DNA from: an uncultured Chloroflexia bacterium
GTDB taxonomy: Bacteria > Chloroflexota > Limnocylindria > Limnocylindrales > CSP1-4
Assembly (NCBI GenBank): GCA_963775225.1
Contig: CAVZHW010000007.1
Location: forward strand, 67,756 to 131,755
Reading direction: 5' to 3'
Length of the DNA: 64,000 bases
In this document: one piece after another, positions 1-10,362 of the stretch
How the letters are laid out: each line of letters begins with the position of its first letter
How positions within the stretch are numbered: position 1 is the first letter of the stretch
Position numbers and translations under genes: made by a program
The notes under the pieces: model-generated
The model's database searches: none
The model's input: the letters and a program-made list of their open reading frames with translations, nothing else
Told to the model about the DNA's origin: nothing

Positions 1-651
1 GCGCTGATCATGGTCCACGGCGATGACTCGGGCCTGGTGCTACCGCCGAACGTTTCGCCCGTCCAGCTGGCGATCGTGCCCATATTCCGGAATGAGGACG
101 AGCGCTCGGCGGTGGCCGAGGCTGTCGGCCGGGTCGAGCGCGCTCTGGCCGATGTCCTAACGGCATCGGGGCCGCTGCGCTCCAAGACCGACTGGCGAGA
201 GGAATCACCGGGCTTCAAGTTCAGCCATTGGGAGCTGCGTGGCGTGCCCTTCCGGCTGGAGATCGGCCCGCGTGACGTGGCTGCCGGCCAGGGCGTGTTG
301 GTGCGCCGGGTCGACCGGCAGAAGTCGACCATCGGATTGGAAGCCCTCGCGGTTGACCTGCCGGGGCGCTTGGCGGACTACCAGCAGCAGCTCTTCCAGC
401 GAGCGGCTGAGTTCAGGGCTGCCAATACGCACTCCGTCGACTCATACGACGACTTCAAGGCCGTCCTCGAGTCCCAGGGCGGCTACATATTGGCACCGTG
501 GTGCGGCGATGGCGATTGCGAGAACCAGATCAGCGCGGACACCGGAGCGACGATCCGGGTGATCCCGTTCGACTCCCCCGACGAGCCCGGCAAGTGCCTG
601 GTCTGCGGCAACGCCTCGCCGCGGCGCGTCCTGTTCGCGCGCGCCTACTGA
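1..651 (+). CDS. proS: prolyl-tRNA synthetase, C-terminal part (archaeal/eukaryotic-type, zinc-binding C-terminal domain ending in Tyr); 5' end lies outside the window
   Basis: Translation carries the class II aaRS anticodon-binding region, the ProRS C-terminal Cys cluster (PWCGDGDCENQ...CLVCGN) and a terminal Tyr. The reading frame is open back to base 1. Confidence 0.8.
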   Translation, partial: ALIMVHGDDSGLVLPPNVSPVQLAIVPIFRNEDERSAVAEAVGRVERALADVLTASGPLRSKTDWREESPGFKFSHWELRGVPFRLEIGPRDVAAGQGVLVRRVDRQKSTIGLEALAVDLPGRLADYQQQLFQRAAEFRAANTHSVDSYDDFKAVLESQGGYILAPWCGDGDCENQISADTGATIRVIPFDSPDEPGKCLVCGNASPRRVLFARAY

Positions 652-1382
652 GCGAGCGCCGCGCGCACGGCGTCGGCAAGCCAGGCGAAGATCGGCGCCA
701 GTAGCAGCGCGGGCAGGAAGTTGGCGACGCGCACCTGGCGAATGTCCAGCAGGCGCAGGCCCACGCCGAGCAGGATCAGCCCACCGGCGGCCGCGGTGAT
801 GTCGATCGCCTCCTGGCCGAGGCCGCTGCCGGCGACGACCGCCAGCGCGGCGATGCCGCCCTGTACGACCAGGACCGTGATCGCAGCCAGATAGACGCCG
901 GCCCCCAGCGCCGCCGCGAAGGCGATGCTGGCCACGCCGTCGAGCAGGCTCTTGACGGCGAGCAGCTGGATGTCGCCCGTCAGCCCGTTCTGGATCGAAC
1001 CCAGGATGGTCAAGGGCCCGACACAGAAGACCAGGCTGGCGGTCACGAAGGCCTCGCTGACGCGCGACGGACGCTCGCCGTGTGCCAGGCGCTGCTGGAA
1101 CCATGCGCCGAGGTGATCGAGCAGATCGGACAGCCGCAGGACTTCGCCGATCACCGCGCCGGCGAGCAGCGCGGCGAGGACGACCAGATCGCTGCCGGCC
1201 GGCTGGGTCTGATCGAGCAGCAGTCGCAGCGCGAGAGCGAAGCCGACGGCCAGCGTGAAGAGGCCGAGGCCGTCGGTTAGTGTCTGCTGCAGCCGTGCCG
1301 GGATTCGTGCGCCGAGCAGTAGCCCGATGGTCGTGCCGATGAGCACCGTCGCGACATTGAGCAGCGTGCCGCTCAGGAACAT
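645..1382 (-). CDS. DUF554 (YqgA-like) polytopic membrane protein
   Basis: 245 aa, very hydrophobic with multiple predicted TM helices and a Gly/Ala/Leu-rich composition typical of DUF554. The start abuts the upstream oxidoreductase stop, which suggests an operon. Confidence 0.55.
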   Translation of the reverse strand: MFLSGTLLNVATVLIGTTIGLLLGARIPARLQQTLTDGLGLFTLAVGFALALRLLLDQTQPAGSDLVVLAALLAGAVIGEVLRLSDLLDHLGAWFQQRLAHGERPSRVSEAFVTASLVFCVGPLTILGSIQNGLTGDIQLLAVKSLLDGVASIAFAAALGAGVYLAAITVLVVQGGIAALAVVAGSGLGQEAIDITAAAGGLILLGVGLRLLDIRQVRVANFLPALLLAPIFAWLADAVRAALAQ

Positions 1383-1385
1383 GGG

Positions 1386-2756
1386 CTAGGGCCCGGACGA
1401 ACGCAGATCGCGCAACGCCTCGGTAAACAGCGAACCCATCACCCGGGTCGTCGTCGGAAATGCGGTGATGGTGTCGGCCAGGACCTCGATCGGGGTGCGC
1501 GTCTTGACCGCCAGCACCGCGAGGTGAATCGCCTCGCCGGCTGCGGGGCCGGCGATGAAGGCGCCGAGCAGTTGGTGCGCGGCGCGGTCGACGACGATCG
1601 TGGCATGGCCGCTCGCCTCGACGACGTAGCCCTTCGCGCTTGTCCCGAGGTCGGCGTATTTCTCGAACGCGTCGAGGCCCTGCGCCAGTGCCTCGTCGAG
1701 CCGCAAGCCGACACCCGCGACCTCGGGATCGGTGTAGACCGCGCGCGGGATGGCGCGGTAGTCGGGCTGCACGTCGTCGCCCAGCGCAATGGCCACGACC
1801 ATCTCGCCCTGGTAATGGGCGAGGTGCGTGTGCATCTCGGGACCAGCCGGATCGCCAATAACGAAGGTTCGCTCGGCGATGCGTAGTTGCTCGTCAGGAT
1901 GGACGCGGCCATCGACCAGTCGCACGCCCACACTCTCCAGACCCAGCCCGCTGAGGGTTGCCGTGCGGCCGATGGCGAACAGGATCTCGTGCCCGTCCAC
2001 TGTCGCGCCGTTGTCGAGCTGGATCAGGTGCGCACCGTCCCGCCCGAGGCCGGCATCGATGCGCACTGCGCGCGTCCCGAGATGCAGTTCGACCCCGTCA
2101 CGCCGCAGGCCATCGGCGACCGCGTCACTGTTGCGCGGGTGGTCGCGGTGGTTGACGTGCGACTGCGGGTGGACGATGCGTACCGGTACGCCGTAGCGCG
2201 CCATGACCTGCGCCAGCTCGAGGCCGGTCGGGCCGCCGCCCAGGATGGCCAGGCTGCGCGGCAGCGTGCGCAGACTGGTTGCCTCGCGGTTGCTCCACGG
2301 CTCAATGTCGGCCAGTCCGGGCAAGTCGGGAATCGTCGCGTGCGAACCGACGGCGACGACCAGGTGCCGCGCGCCGACCTCGCGCCGGCCGCCATCGGCC
2401 AGCCCGACCGTCACGCGCCCCGGGCCGGTGACGTGCGCGTCGCCGCGGATCACCTCGGCGCCGGCCTCGGTCAGCCGGCGAACGTGGCCGGCATCATCGG
2501 GCCACGCAATTCCCTCGCGGTTGATGATGTAGTCGCGGAAGGCCGAGGCACGCGGCCACGGGTAATCGCCGCCGATGGCGTGGATGCCGGCAGCGTGCAG
2601 CAGCGCCTTCGAGGGCATGCATGCCCAGAACGGGCACGAGCCGCCGACCAGCTCACGCTCCACGATTGCCACGCTCGCGCCACGCCGCAGCGCCTCGTAT
2701 GCCGCCGCCTCGCCGGCCGCGCCGGCGCCGATGACCACGAAGTCGTATCCCTCCAT
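1386..2756 (-). CDS. class I pyridine nucleotide-disulfide oxidoreductase (dihydrolipoamide dehydrogenase / mercuric reductase-like flavoprotein)
   Basis: N-terminal FAD motif DFVVIGAGAAG, redox-active disulfide GGSCPFWACMPSK, a second NAD Rossmann GGGPTGLE, and a C-terminal dimerisation domain. The supplied ORF (1386..3389) runs 211 codons further upstream, antisense to nusA; I chose the Met at MEGYDFVV as the start. Confidence 0.75.
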   Translation of the reverse strand: MEGYDFVVIGAGAAGEAAAYEALRRGASVAIVERELVGGSCPFWACMPSKALLHAAGIHAIGGDYPWPRASAFRDYIINREGIAWPDDAGHVRRLTEAGAEVIRGDAHVTGPGRVTVGLADGGRREVGARHLVVAVGSHATIPDLPGLADIEPWSNREATSLRTLPRSLAILGGGPTGLELAQVMARYGVPVRIVHPQSHVNHRDHPRNSDAVADGLRRDGVELHLGTRAVRIDAGLGRDGAHLIQLDNGATVDGHEILFAIGRTATLSGLGLESVGVRLVDGRVHPDEQLRIAERTFVIGDPAGPEMHTHLAHYQGEMVVAIALGDDVQPDYRAIPRAVYTDPEVAGVGLRLDEALAQGLDAFEKYADLGTSAKGYVVEASGHATIVVDRAAHQLLGAFIAGPAAGEAIHLAVLAVKTRTPIEVLADTITAFPTTTRVMGSLFTEALRDLRSSGP

Positions 2757-2897
2757 TGGCAGCAACGGTACCCGGTCGCCGTGCGCTCGGCGCGGCGCCG
2801 TCGCGGGTGCTTGGTCAAGCGGGCTTCGCGGGAGCGCTCCGACGGGTCGGATCGATGCCTCGGTGTATACTTCGCCGCGCATATCTGGCCGCCTCGG

Positions 2898-2926
2898 AAC
2901 GTGGGTGACCCCCACGTTTCTTTGTG
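2898..2926 (+). terminator. intrinsic-terminator-like hairpin with U-tract in the nusA leader (possible attenuator)
   Basis: aacgtggg-tgac-cccacgtt is a perfect 8 bp stem followed by tctttgtga, about 70 bp upstream of the nusA start. No + strand gene lies upstream of it. Confidence 0.4.
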
Positions 2927-2987
2927 AGCAGAGGGAGAACCTGGCCGAGCGGGGGAAACGACTGGCAGAGCGAAAGGAGGGCGCAAC

Positions 2988-4481
2988 GTGAACCGCGATT
3001 TCATCGGCGCGCTCCTGCAGCTGAACGCCGAGAAGAACATCCCGCGCGAGCAGCTCGTGGCGACGCTGGCAGATGCCATCCAGTCGGCCTACCGGCGCGC
3101 GACGCCCGGCAACGAGAACGTCTTCGTCGACGTCGACCCCGACAGCGGTCGTTTCAGCGCCTACCGCGCGATGTACGTGGTTGACGAGGTCGAAGACCCG
3201 ACCATCGAGTTCACCCTCGACGACGCCAAGCAGCTCAAGGCCGACGCGAAGGTGGGCGACCTGGTCGAAGTCGGCAAGCTGGACAGCGCCAGTTTCGGCC
3301 GTATCCACGCGCAGCTGGCGACGCAGCTGGTCCGCCAGCGACTGCGTGAGGTCGAGCGCGAGCAGGTCTTCGGCCAGTACGCACAGCACGAGTCAGAGAT
3401 CATCACCGGCACGGTCAGCCGGGTCGAGCCGCGCGGCGTCATCCTCGACGTCGGTCGCGCCGAGGCCATCCTGCCCACGACGGACCAATCGGCGACGGAG
3501 CACTACCGCATCGGGCAGCACGTCAAGGCGTACGTGCTCGAGGTGCGCCGTACGACCAGGGGACCGTTGATCTACATCAGCCGGACGCACAAGAACTTCC
3601 TACGCCGGCTGTTCGAACTCGAGGTGCCCGAGATCCACGCGGGGACCGTCGAGATCAAGGCCATCGCGCGCGAAGCCGGCAGCCGTTCGAAGGTGGCCGT
3701 CGCCAGCCGCCAGGAGGGGCTTGACCCGGTCGGAGCGACCGTGGGCCAGCGCGGTGGTCGGGTCCAGGCCGTGGTCGCCGAGCTGGGCGGCGAGAAGATT
3801 GACATTATCCCCTGGAACGAGGACCCGGCAGTGTTCGTCGCCAACGCGCTCAGCCCGGCGACAGTGGTCAACGTCGCCATCGACACGGAGGCGCGCATCG
3901 CCAGCGTGACCGTGCCCGAGCGCATGCTCAGCCTGGCCATCGGCCGCGAGGGCCAGAATGCGCGGCTGGCGGCCAAGCTCACCGGCTGGCGCATCGACAT
4001 CCGCAGCGATCAGGCACCGCCGCGCCAGCCGACACCACGAGCAGACAGTCCGGCGCAGGCAGCCGAGCCGACACCGGCGCCTGCGGCTACCGCCGAGACA
4101 GTGGTTCCAGCCACCGAACCGGCAGGTGCCGTAGAAGCGGCCAAGGAAACACCCAGGAAGCGCGTCAGCCGTGCACGGCAGATCGAGGCGCAACCGGTTG
4201 AAAGCGAGGACAAGGCAGGCAAGCCGGCGGCGAAGGCGGCCAAACCGTCCGCGAAAGCGTCCAAGCCGTCCGCGAAGGCGGATAAGCCAGCCAAGGCGGT
4301 CGCCAAGCCCGCCGCGCCAGCGCTGAAGGCGGCCAAGCCGACCAAGACGGCTGCCAAGCCCGCCGCGCCGGTGCTGACGGCGGCCAAGCCGACCAAGACG
4401 GCTGCCAAGCCCGCCGCGAAGGCTGCCACGGCGGCACGCCGGACGCGTACGCCGGCGACCGTCGCCGCCAAGGACAAGTGA
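2988..4481 (+). CDS. nusA: transcription termination/antitermination factor NusA with a Lys/Ala/Pro-rich basic C-terminal tail
   Basis: NusA N-terminal domain, S1 and two KH domains (LAIGREGQNARLAAKLTGWRIDI). GTG start with an AAGGAGGG Shine-Dalgarno. The C-terminal roughly 150 aa are low-complexity AKP/AKPT repeats. Confidence 0.9.
   Translation: MNRDFIGALLQLNAEKNIPREQLVATLADAIQSAYRRATPGNENVFVDVDPDSGRFSAYRAMYVVDEVEDPTIEFTLDDAKQLKADAKVGDLVEVGKLDSASFGRIHAQLATQLVRQRLREVEREQVFGQYAQHESEIITGTVSRVEPRGVILDVGRAEAILPTTDQSATEHYRIGQHVKAYVLEVRRTTRGPLIYISRTHKNFLRRLFELEVPEIHAGTVEIKAIAREAGSRSKVAVASRQEGLDPVGATVGQRGGRVQAVVAELGGEKIDIIPWNEDPAVFVANALSPATVVNVAIDTEARIASVTVPERMLSLAIGREGQNARLAAKLTGWRIDIRSDQAPPRQPTPRADSPAQAAEPTPAPAATAETVVPATEPAGAVEAAKETPRKRVSRARQIEAQPVESEDKAGKPAAKAAKPSAKASKPSAKADKPAKAVAKPAAPALKAAKPTKTAAKPAAPVLTAAKPTKTAAKPAAKAATAARRTRTPATVAAKDK
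4203..4440 (+). repeat. imperfect in-frame tandem repeats encoding the (A/K/P/T)-rich NusA tail, including a 54 bp unit present twice
   Basis: gcggccaagccgaccaagacggctgccaagcccgccgcgcc occurs at about 4327 and again at about 4381. Earlier shorter repeats are aaagcgtccaagccgtccgcgaaggcg. Confidence 0.6.
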
Positions 4482-4807
4482 TGCTGCCGTCCGCCTCACG
4501 GCCCACGGTCCCCAAGGGTCAGCCACTCACGCCGCGGCGCTTCCCGCTGCGCACCTGCGTCGCGTGCCGCACCGAACGGCAGAAACGTGACCTGCTGCGC
4601 ATCGTGCGCGCGCCCGACGGCGTCGTCCGCTTCGACCCAGGCGGTCGAGCTGCCGGCCGTGGCGCCTATATCTGTGCCGATGGCGCGTGCTGGTCGGCCG
4701 CAATCAAACACAAGTCAATCGAACGGGCACTGTCGGCATCACTTCCGCTGGATCTACGCGGTCAGCTGGAGCGCGGTGAGCTCGTGGACACCCAGAGGGG
4801 GAGGTAG
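4478..4807 (+). CDS. ylxR: YlxR/DUF448 family protein (putative RNA-binding, nusA-infB operon)
   Basis: Conserved RTCVACR...GRGAY motif. Its position between nusA and infB is the canonical one. The true start may lie downstream of 4478. Confidence 0.7.
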   Translation: MMLPSASRPTVPKGQPLTPRRFPLRTCVACRTERQKRDLLRIVRAPDGVVRFDPGGRAAGRGAYICADGACWSAAIKHKSIERALSASLPLDLRGQLERGELVDTQRGR

Positions 4808-4810
4808 CTC

Positions 4811-6697
<1,887 letters not shown>

Positions 6698-6704
6698 TCC
6701 GCAA

Positions 6705-7112
6705 GTGAGCGAGCGCACGGCGCGGCTCGACGAGCTGCTGCGCGAGGAGATCAGCGAGGTGCTCCGGCGCGACGTCGACGACCCGCGCGTCGGCTTCGTG
6801 ACCGTCACCGACGTCGAAGTGGCACCCGACTTGCGCCACGCAAACGTGTGGGTGTCGGTCATCGGCACGCCGGCCGAGCGACGCCAGACGCTGCGCGCCC
6901 TGGCCCGCGCAATGCACTTCGTGCGCGGCCGCCTCGGCCATCTGCGGCTGAAGCGGATTCCCGAGTTGCACGTCCGGGAAGATCGGACGTCGGAGCGAGG
7001 CACCCGGGTGCTGCGCATCCTCGACGACCTGGAGCGCGGCGGCGCCGGAGACGTCGAGCCGTCGGAGAAGCTGCCCACGCCCGGGGTCGGCCAGGCCGGG
7101 GCAGACGAGTGA
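6705..7112 (+). CDS. rbfA: ribosome-binding factor A
   Basis: RbfA KH-like core (RVGFVTVTDVEVAPDLRHANVWVSV). GTG start 8 nt after the infB stop. Confidence 0.8.
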   Translation: MSERTARLDELLREEISEVLRRDVDDPRVGFVTVTDVEVAPDLRHANVWVSVIGTPAERRQTLRALARAMHFVRGRLGHLRLKRIPELHVREDRTSERGTRVLRILDDLERGGAGDVEPSEKLPTPGVGQAGADE

Positions 7113-8134
7113 AAATCGACTCCCTGACATCGGAGGACCTCGCCGCCGTGCCCGCGCAGGTCGTGGAGCTTATCCGTTCGGCGCACGACGTACTGACGGT
7201 GTGCCACGAGAACCCCGAGGCGGATGCCCTCGGCTCGGCGCTTGCCGTCGCCCTCGCGGTCGAGGAACTGGGCGGTCGCGCGACGTCGGTGTGCAGCGAC
7301 GAGGTGCCGCCGATGTACGACTTCATGCCGCGCATCGAACGCTTCCGGCAGGACCCCGACCCGGAGCGCGACTACGACCTGATCGTGGTCGGCGACTGCG
7401 GTGACCTGGCCCGCATCGGCTCAGTGCTCGCCCGGCATGGCGAACTTTTTGGCCGGGTACCCATCGCCAATATCGATCACCACGTCTCGAACACCGGCTT
7501 TGGCGCCGTCGACTGGGTCGATCCCGCGGCCGCGGCGACGTGCGAGATGGATACCCTGCTGATGCCTGCCCTTGGCGTCCCCCTGACGGCAGCCGGCGGC
7601 GCGATCGCGGCCGCCCTGATGGCCGGCCTGGTCATCGACACGGCCAACTTCCAGCACCCCAACACGACGCCACGCACGCTGCGTGTTGCCGCCGAGCTGG
7701 TCGCCGCCGGAGCGCCACTGGCCGAAACGGCACGGCTCATCTACCGCACCAAGCCGAATCGTCAGCTCAAGCTGTTCGGTCTCGTGCTCGGCCGCCTGGC
7801 GGAGGAGCTTGACGGCCGGTTGGTGTGGTCGGCACTGTATGAGTCGGACTATGCGCAGACGGGCGCGACGGTGGCCGACGCCGAGGGCCTGAGCGACCTG
7901 CTCAGCCAGTCGGCCAGCGCGGCGCTGATGATCCTCTTCCGGCAGAGCGGCGAGCGGACCAAGATCAGCGTGCGCACTCGGGAGGGCGGCGAGGACGCCA
8001 CCGTATTGACTGCCACCTTCGGCGGCGGCGGGCACGCGCGCGCTGCTGGGGCGACGGTCGACCTGCCCATCGACGACGCCGTCAAGGCGGTGCTCGACGC
8101 GGCCCGCCGGATGCTCGCCGCGAACGTTGGCTGA
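7109..8134 (+). CDS. nrnA: DHH/DHHA1 family bifunctional oligoribonuclease / pAp phosphatase NrnA
   Basis: DHH motif (IANIDHHVSN), a DHHA1 C-terminal domain (GGGGHARAAG). GTGA overlap with the rbfA stop. Its position after rbfA matches actinobacterial synteny. Confidence 0.75.
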   Translation: MKIDSLTSEDLAAVPAQVVELIRSAHDVLTVCHENPEADALGSALAVALAVEELGGRATSVCSDEVPPMYDFMPRIERFRQDPDPERDYDLIVVGDCGDLARIGSVLARHGELFGRVPIANIDHHVSNTGFGAVDWVDPAAAATCEMDTLLMPALGVPLTAAGGAIAAALMAGLVIDTANFQHPNTTPRTLRVAAELVAAGAPLAETARLIYRTKPNRQLKLFGLVLGRLAEELDGRLVWSALYESDYAQTGATVADAEGLSDLLSQSASAALMILFRQSGERTKISVRTREGGEDATVLTATFGGGGHARAAGATVDLPIDDAVKAVLDAARRMLAANVG

Positions 8135-9029
8135 GGCGGATACCCTCGACGGCGTGCTCGTCGTCGGCAAGGAGCCCGGGCCGACGTCGCACGATATCGT
8201 TGCCCTGGTCCGGCGCCTGACCGGCGTCCGTCGCGTGGGCCATGGTGGGACGCTCGACCCCTTTGCCGCCGGCGTGCTGCCGGTATTCCTGGGCCGCGCG
8301 ACGCGTCTCGTGGAGTACCACATGGGCGACGCCAAGGAATATCGGGCGGTGGTGTGCTTCGGCAGCAGATCAACGACCGACGACCTGGACGGCGAGCTGA
8401 CGCCGACCGGGAGCGCTCCCACGCGGGCACACGTGGAAGATGCACTCGACGGCTTTCGCGGGGAGATCGAGCAGGTGCCGCCCGACTACTCGGCCGTACG
8501 CATTGGCGGGCGCCGCGCGTACGAACTGGCGCGCGGCGGCGCCAAACCCGAGCTGCGGCCGCGCACGGTCACGATCCGCCGGCTGGCGCTGACTGCCTGG
8601 CAGGACGACGACCCGAGCCGGCCGGTGGCCACGCTCGAGGTCGAGTGCAGCGCCGGCACCTACATTCGGGCGCTCGCGCGGGACCTCGGTGAGAGCCTCG
8701 GAAGTGGTGCGTACCTGGCGGCACTGACACGTACTGCGAGCGGCGATTTCCGGCTGCCGGACGCTCATCCACTGGCCGAGGTGCGTGAGGACCTGAGTCA
8801 TGGGAACGTCGCGCACCTGCTGTTGCCCATGGACGTAGGCCTCGACCGCTATCCGCGCCTCGAGCTCGCCGATGCCGCGCTGCGCCACCTGTTGCGCGGC
8901 CAACAACTGCGGCGCGCGGCGGCGCCGGAAGAGGAGGGCCTCGTACGCGTGGTCGATACCGCCGGCCGACTTGTGGCGATGGCCCGCCAGACGGCCGGCT
9001 TCCTGCGGCCCGAGAAGGTGCTCGCCTAG
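8127..9029 (+). CDS. truB: tRNA pseudouridine(55) synthase TruB
   Basis: Catalytic motif GHGGTLDP and a PUA-like C-terminal region. Overlaps the nrnA stop. Confidence 0.88.
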   Translation: MAEADTLDGVLVVGKEPGPTSHDIVALVRRLTGVRRVGHGGTLDPFAAGVLPVFLGRATRLVEYHMGDAKEYRAVVCFGSRSTTDDLDGELTPTGSAPTRAHVEDALDGFRGEIEQVPPDYSAVRIGGRRAYELARGGAKPELRPRTVTIRRLALTAWQDDDPSRPVATLEVECSAGTYIRALARDLGESLGSGAYLAALTRTASGDFRLPDAHPLAEVREDLSHGNVAHLLLPMDVGLDRYPRLELADAALRHLLRGQQLRRAAAPEEEGLVRVVDTAGRLVAMARQTAGFLRPEKVLA

Positions 9030-10013
9030 ATGGAGATCATGGGCGGCGTCGACGAGCTGCCGCGCGGTCTGCGCTTCGTGCTCGGCATCGGCATGTTCGA
9101 TGGTATCCACCGCGGTCACCAGAAAGTACTGCGGGCGCTCGTCGATGCCGGGCGGCGGCGGAGCGCGAGGTCGGTCCTGCTCACGTTTGAGCCGCACCCG
9201 GCACAGGTGTTGCGCGGCCAGACGCCGGCCGTGCTGTGCAGTGAGAGCGAACGGCGTGCGCGCTTTGCCGCACTCGGCATCGATCTGCTAGTGGTACAGC
9301 GCTTCGACCGCGAGTTCGCCGACCAGCCGCCGGAGGAGTTCCTGCGCCGGGTGTCGGCCGGCCGCGACCTGGTGGCAGTGGTCATGACGCCCGAGTCGGC
9401 TTTTGGCCGTGACCGCGCCGGGGTGTTGCCGGCGGTGCGCGCGCTGGGCCGCGAACTCGACTTCGAAATCGCCGAGGTCCACTCGCTCGCCGGCGAGGGG
9501 GCGACGATCTCGAGCACGCGGCTGCGCGGCGTGGTTGCCGAGGGCCGGCTGGCCGAGGCGCGCCGCCTGCTCGGCCGGCACTACGCGGTGAGCGGCCGGG
9601 TGGTACCTGGCGACCGGCGCGGCCGCGAGCTGGGCTATCCCACCGCAAACCTCGAGCTCGACGAGCGGGTGACCCTGCCGCCCGATGGCATCTATGCCGT
9701 CCGCGCGTCGTGGGGTGGCCCAGATCCACTCCATCCGGCGCGCACCGCCGACGGCGTTGCGTCGCTCGGCGTGCGGCCAACGTTCGGCGGCGGTGAGCGG
9801 GTACTGGAGGCCCATCTGTTCGATATCGGCGAGGATCTCTACGGCCAGTGGCTGCGCGTGGAGTTCGTGCGCCGGTTGCGCGCGGAGAAGCGCTTTCCGT
9901 CGGCTGCGGCACTGGTCAGGCAGATGGACCGCGATGCAGCGCGGGCGCGATTCGTGCTCGGCACGGGGGACACAGCCGCATCGGGCGGAGCGGTCAAATC
10001 GAACGCCTGTTAG
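9030..10013 (+). CDS. ribF: bifunctional riboflavin kinase / FMN adenylyltransferase
   Basis: FAD synthetase N-terminal domain ([11 protein letters not shown]) and riboflavin kinase C-terminal domain (GYPTANL). Start directly abuts the truB stop. Confidence 0.88.
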   Translation: MEIMGGVDELPRGLRFVLGIGMFDGIHRGHQKVLRALVDAGRRRSARSVLLTFEPHPAQVLRGQTPAVLCSESERRARFAALGIDLLVVQRFDREFADQPPEEFLRRVSAGRDLVAVVMTPESAFGRDRAGVLPAVRALGRELDFEIAEVHSLAGEGATISSTRLRGVVAEGRLAEARRLLGRHYAVSGRVVPGDRRGRELGYPTANLELDERVTLPPDGIYAVRASWGGPDPLHPARTADGVASLGVRPTFGGGERVLEAHLFDIGEDLYGQWLRVEFVRRLRAEKRFPSAAALVRQMDRDAARARFVLGTGDTAASGGAVKSNAC

Positions 10014-10054
10014 ACTCCCGCCGAACGAAGAAAGAGGAAATACTGGAGGAACGG

Positions 10055-10324
10055 GTGCCCCTGGCGCGGGAAACCAAGGAAGGGATCGTGGCTGAGCACG
10101 CCCGATCGGAAGCAGATACCGGCTCGCCGGAAGTGCAGATTGCATTGCTGACAGAGCGAATCAAGGGCCTGACGGAGCATCTGCGCAACTTTCCCAAGGA
10201 CAATCACTCGCGTCGCGGCCTGCTCAAGCTCGTCGGCCAGCGTCGCCGGCTCCTTGCGTACCTGATGCGCAGGGACAACGCTCGTTACCGCGCCCTGATC
10301 GGCGCGCTCGGACTGCGGCGCTAG
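10055..10324 (+). CDS. rpsO: 30S ribosomal protein S15
   Basis: 89 aa with the S15 signature ([14 protein letters not shown]...[15 protein letters not shown]). GTG start with a GGAGGA Shine-Dalgarno 6 nt upstream. Confidence 0.88.
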   Translation: MPLARETKEGIVAEHARSEADTGSPEVQIALLTERIKGLTEHLRNFPKDNHSRRGLLKLVGQRRRLLAYLMRRDNARYRALIGALGLRR

Positions 10325-10340
10325 CAAACTCCTGAGCCCC

Positions 10341-10360
10341 GTCCTCCACCAATGGAGGAC
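10341..10360 (+). promoter_or_regulatory. Shine-Dalgarno-sequestering hairpin immediately 5' of pnp (candidate RNase III / autoregulatory stem-loop; also acts as the rpsO 3' hairpin)
   Basis: gtcctcca-ccaa-tggaggac is a perfect 8 bp stem. The 3' arm contains the GGAGGA Shine-Dalgarno located 3-8 nt before the pnp ATG at 10363. Confidence 0.5.
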
Positions 10361-10362
10361 TG

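Noticed and set aside
2757-3389. N-terminal 211-codon extension of the flavoprotein oxidoreductase ORF (1386..3389)
   Set aside because: The extension overlaps the nusA start on the opposite strand and has no homology. The conserved FAD-binding N-terminus begins at the Met at 2756.
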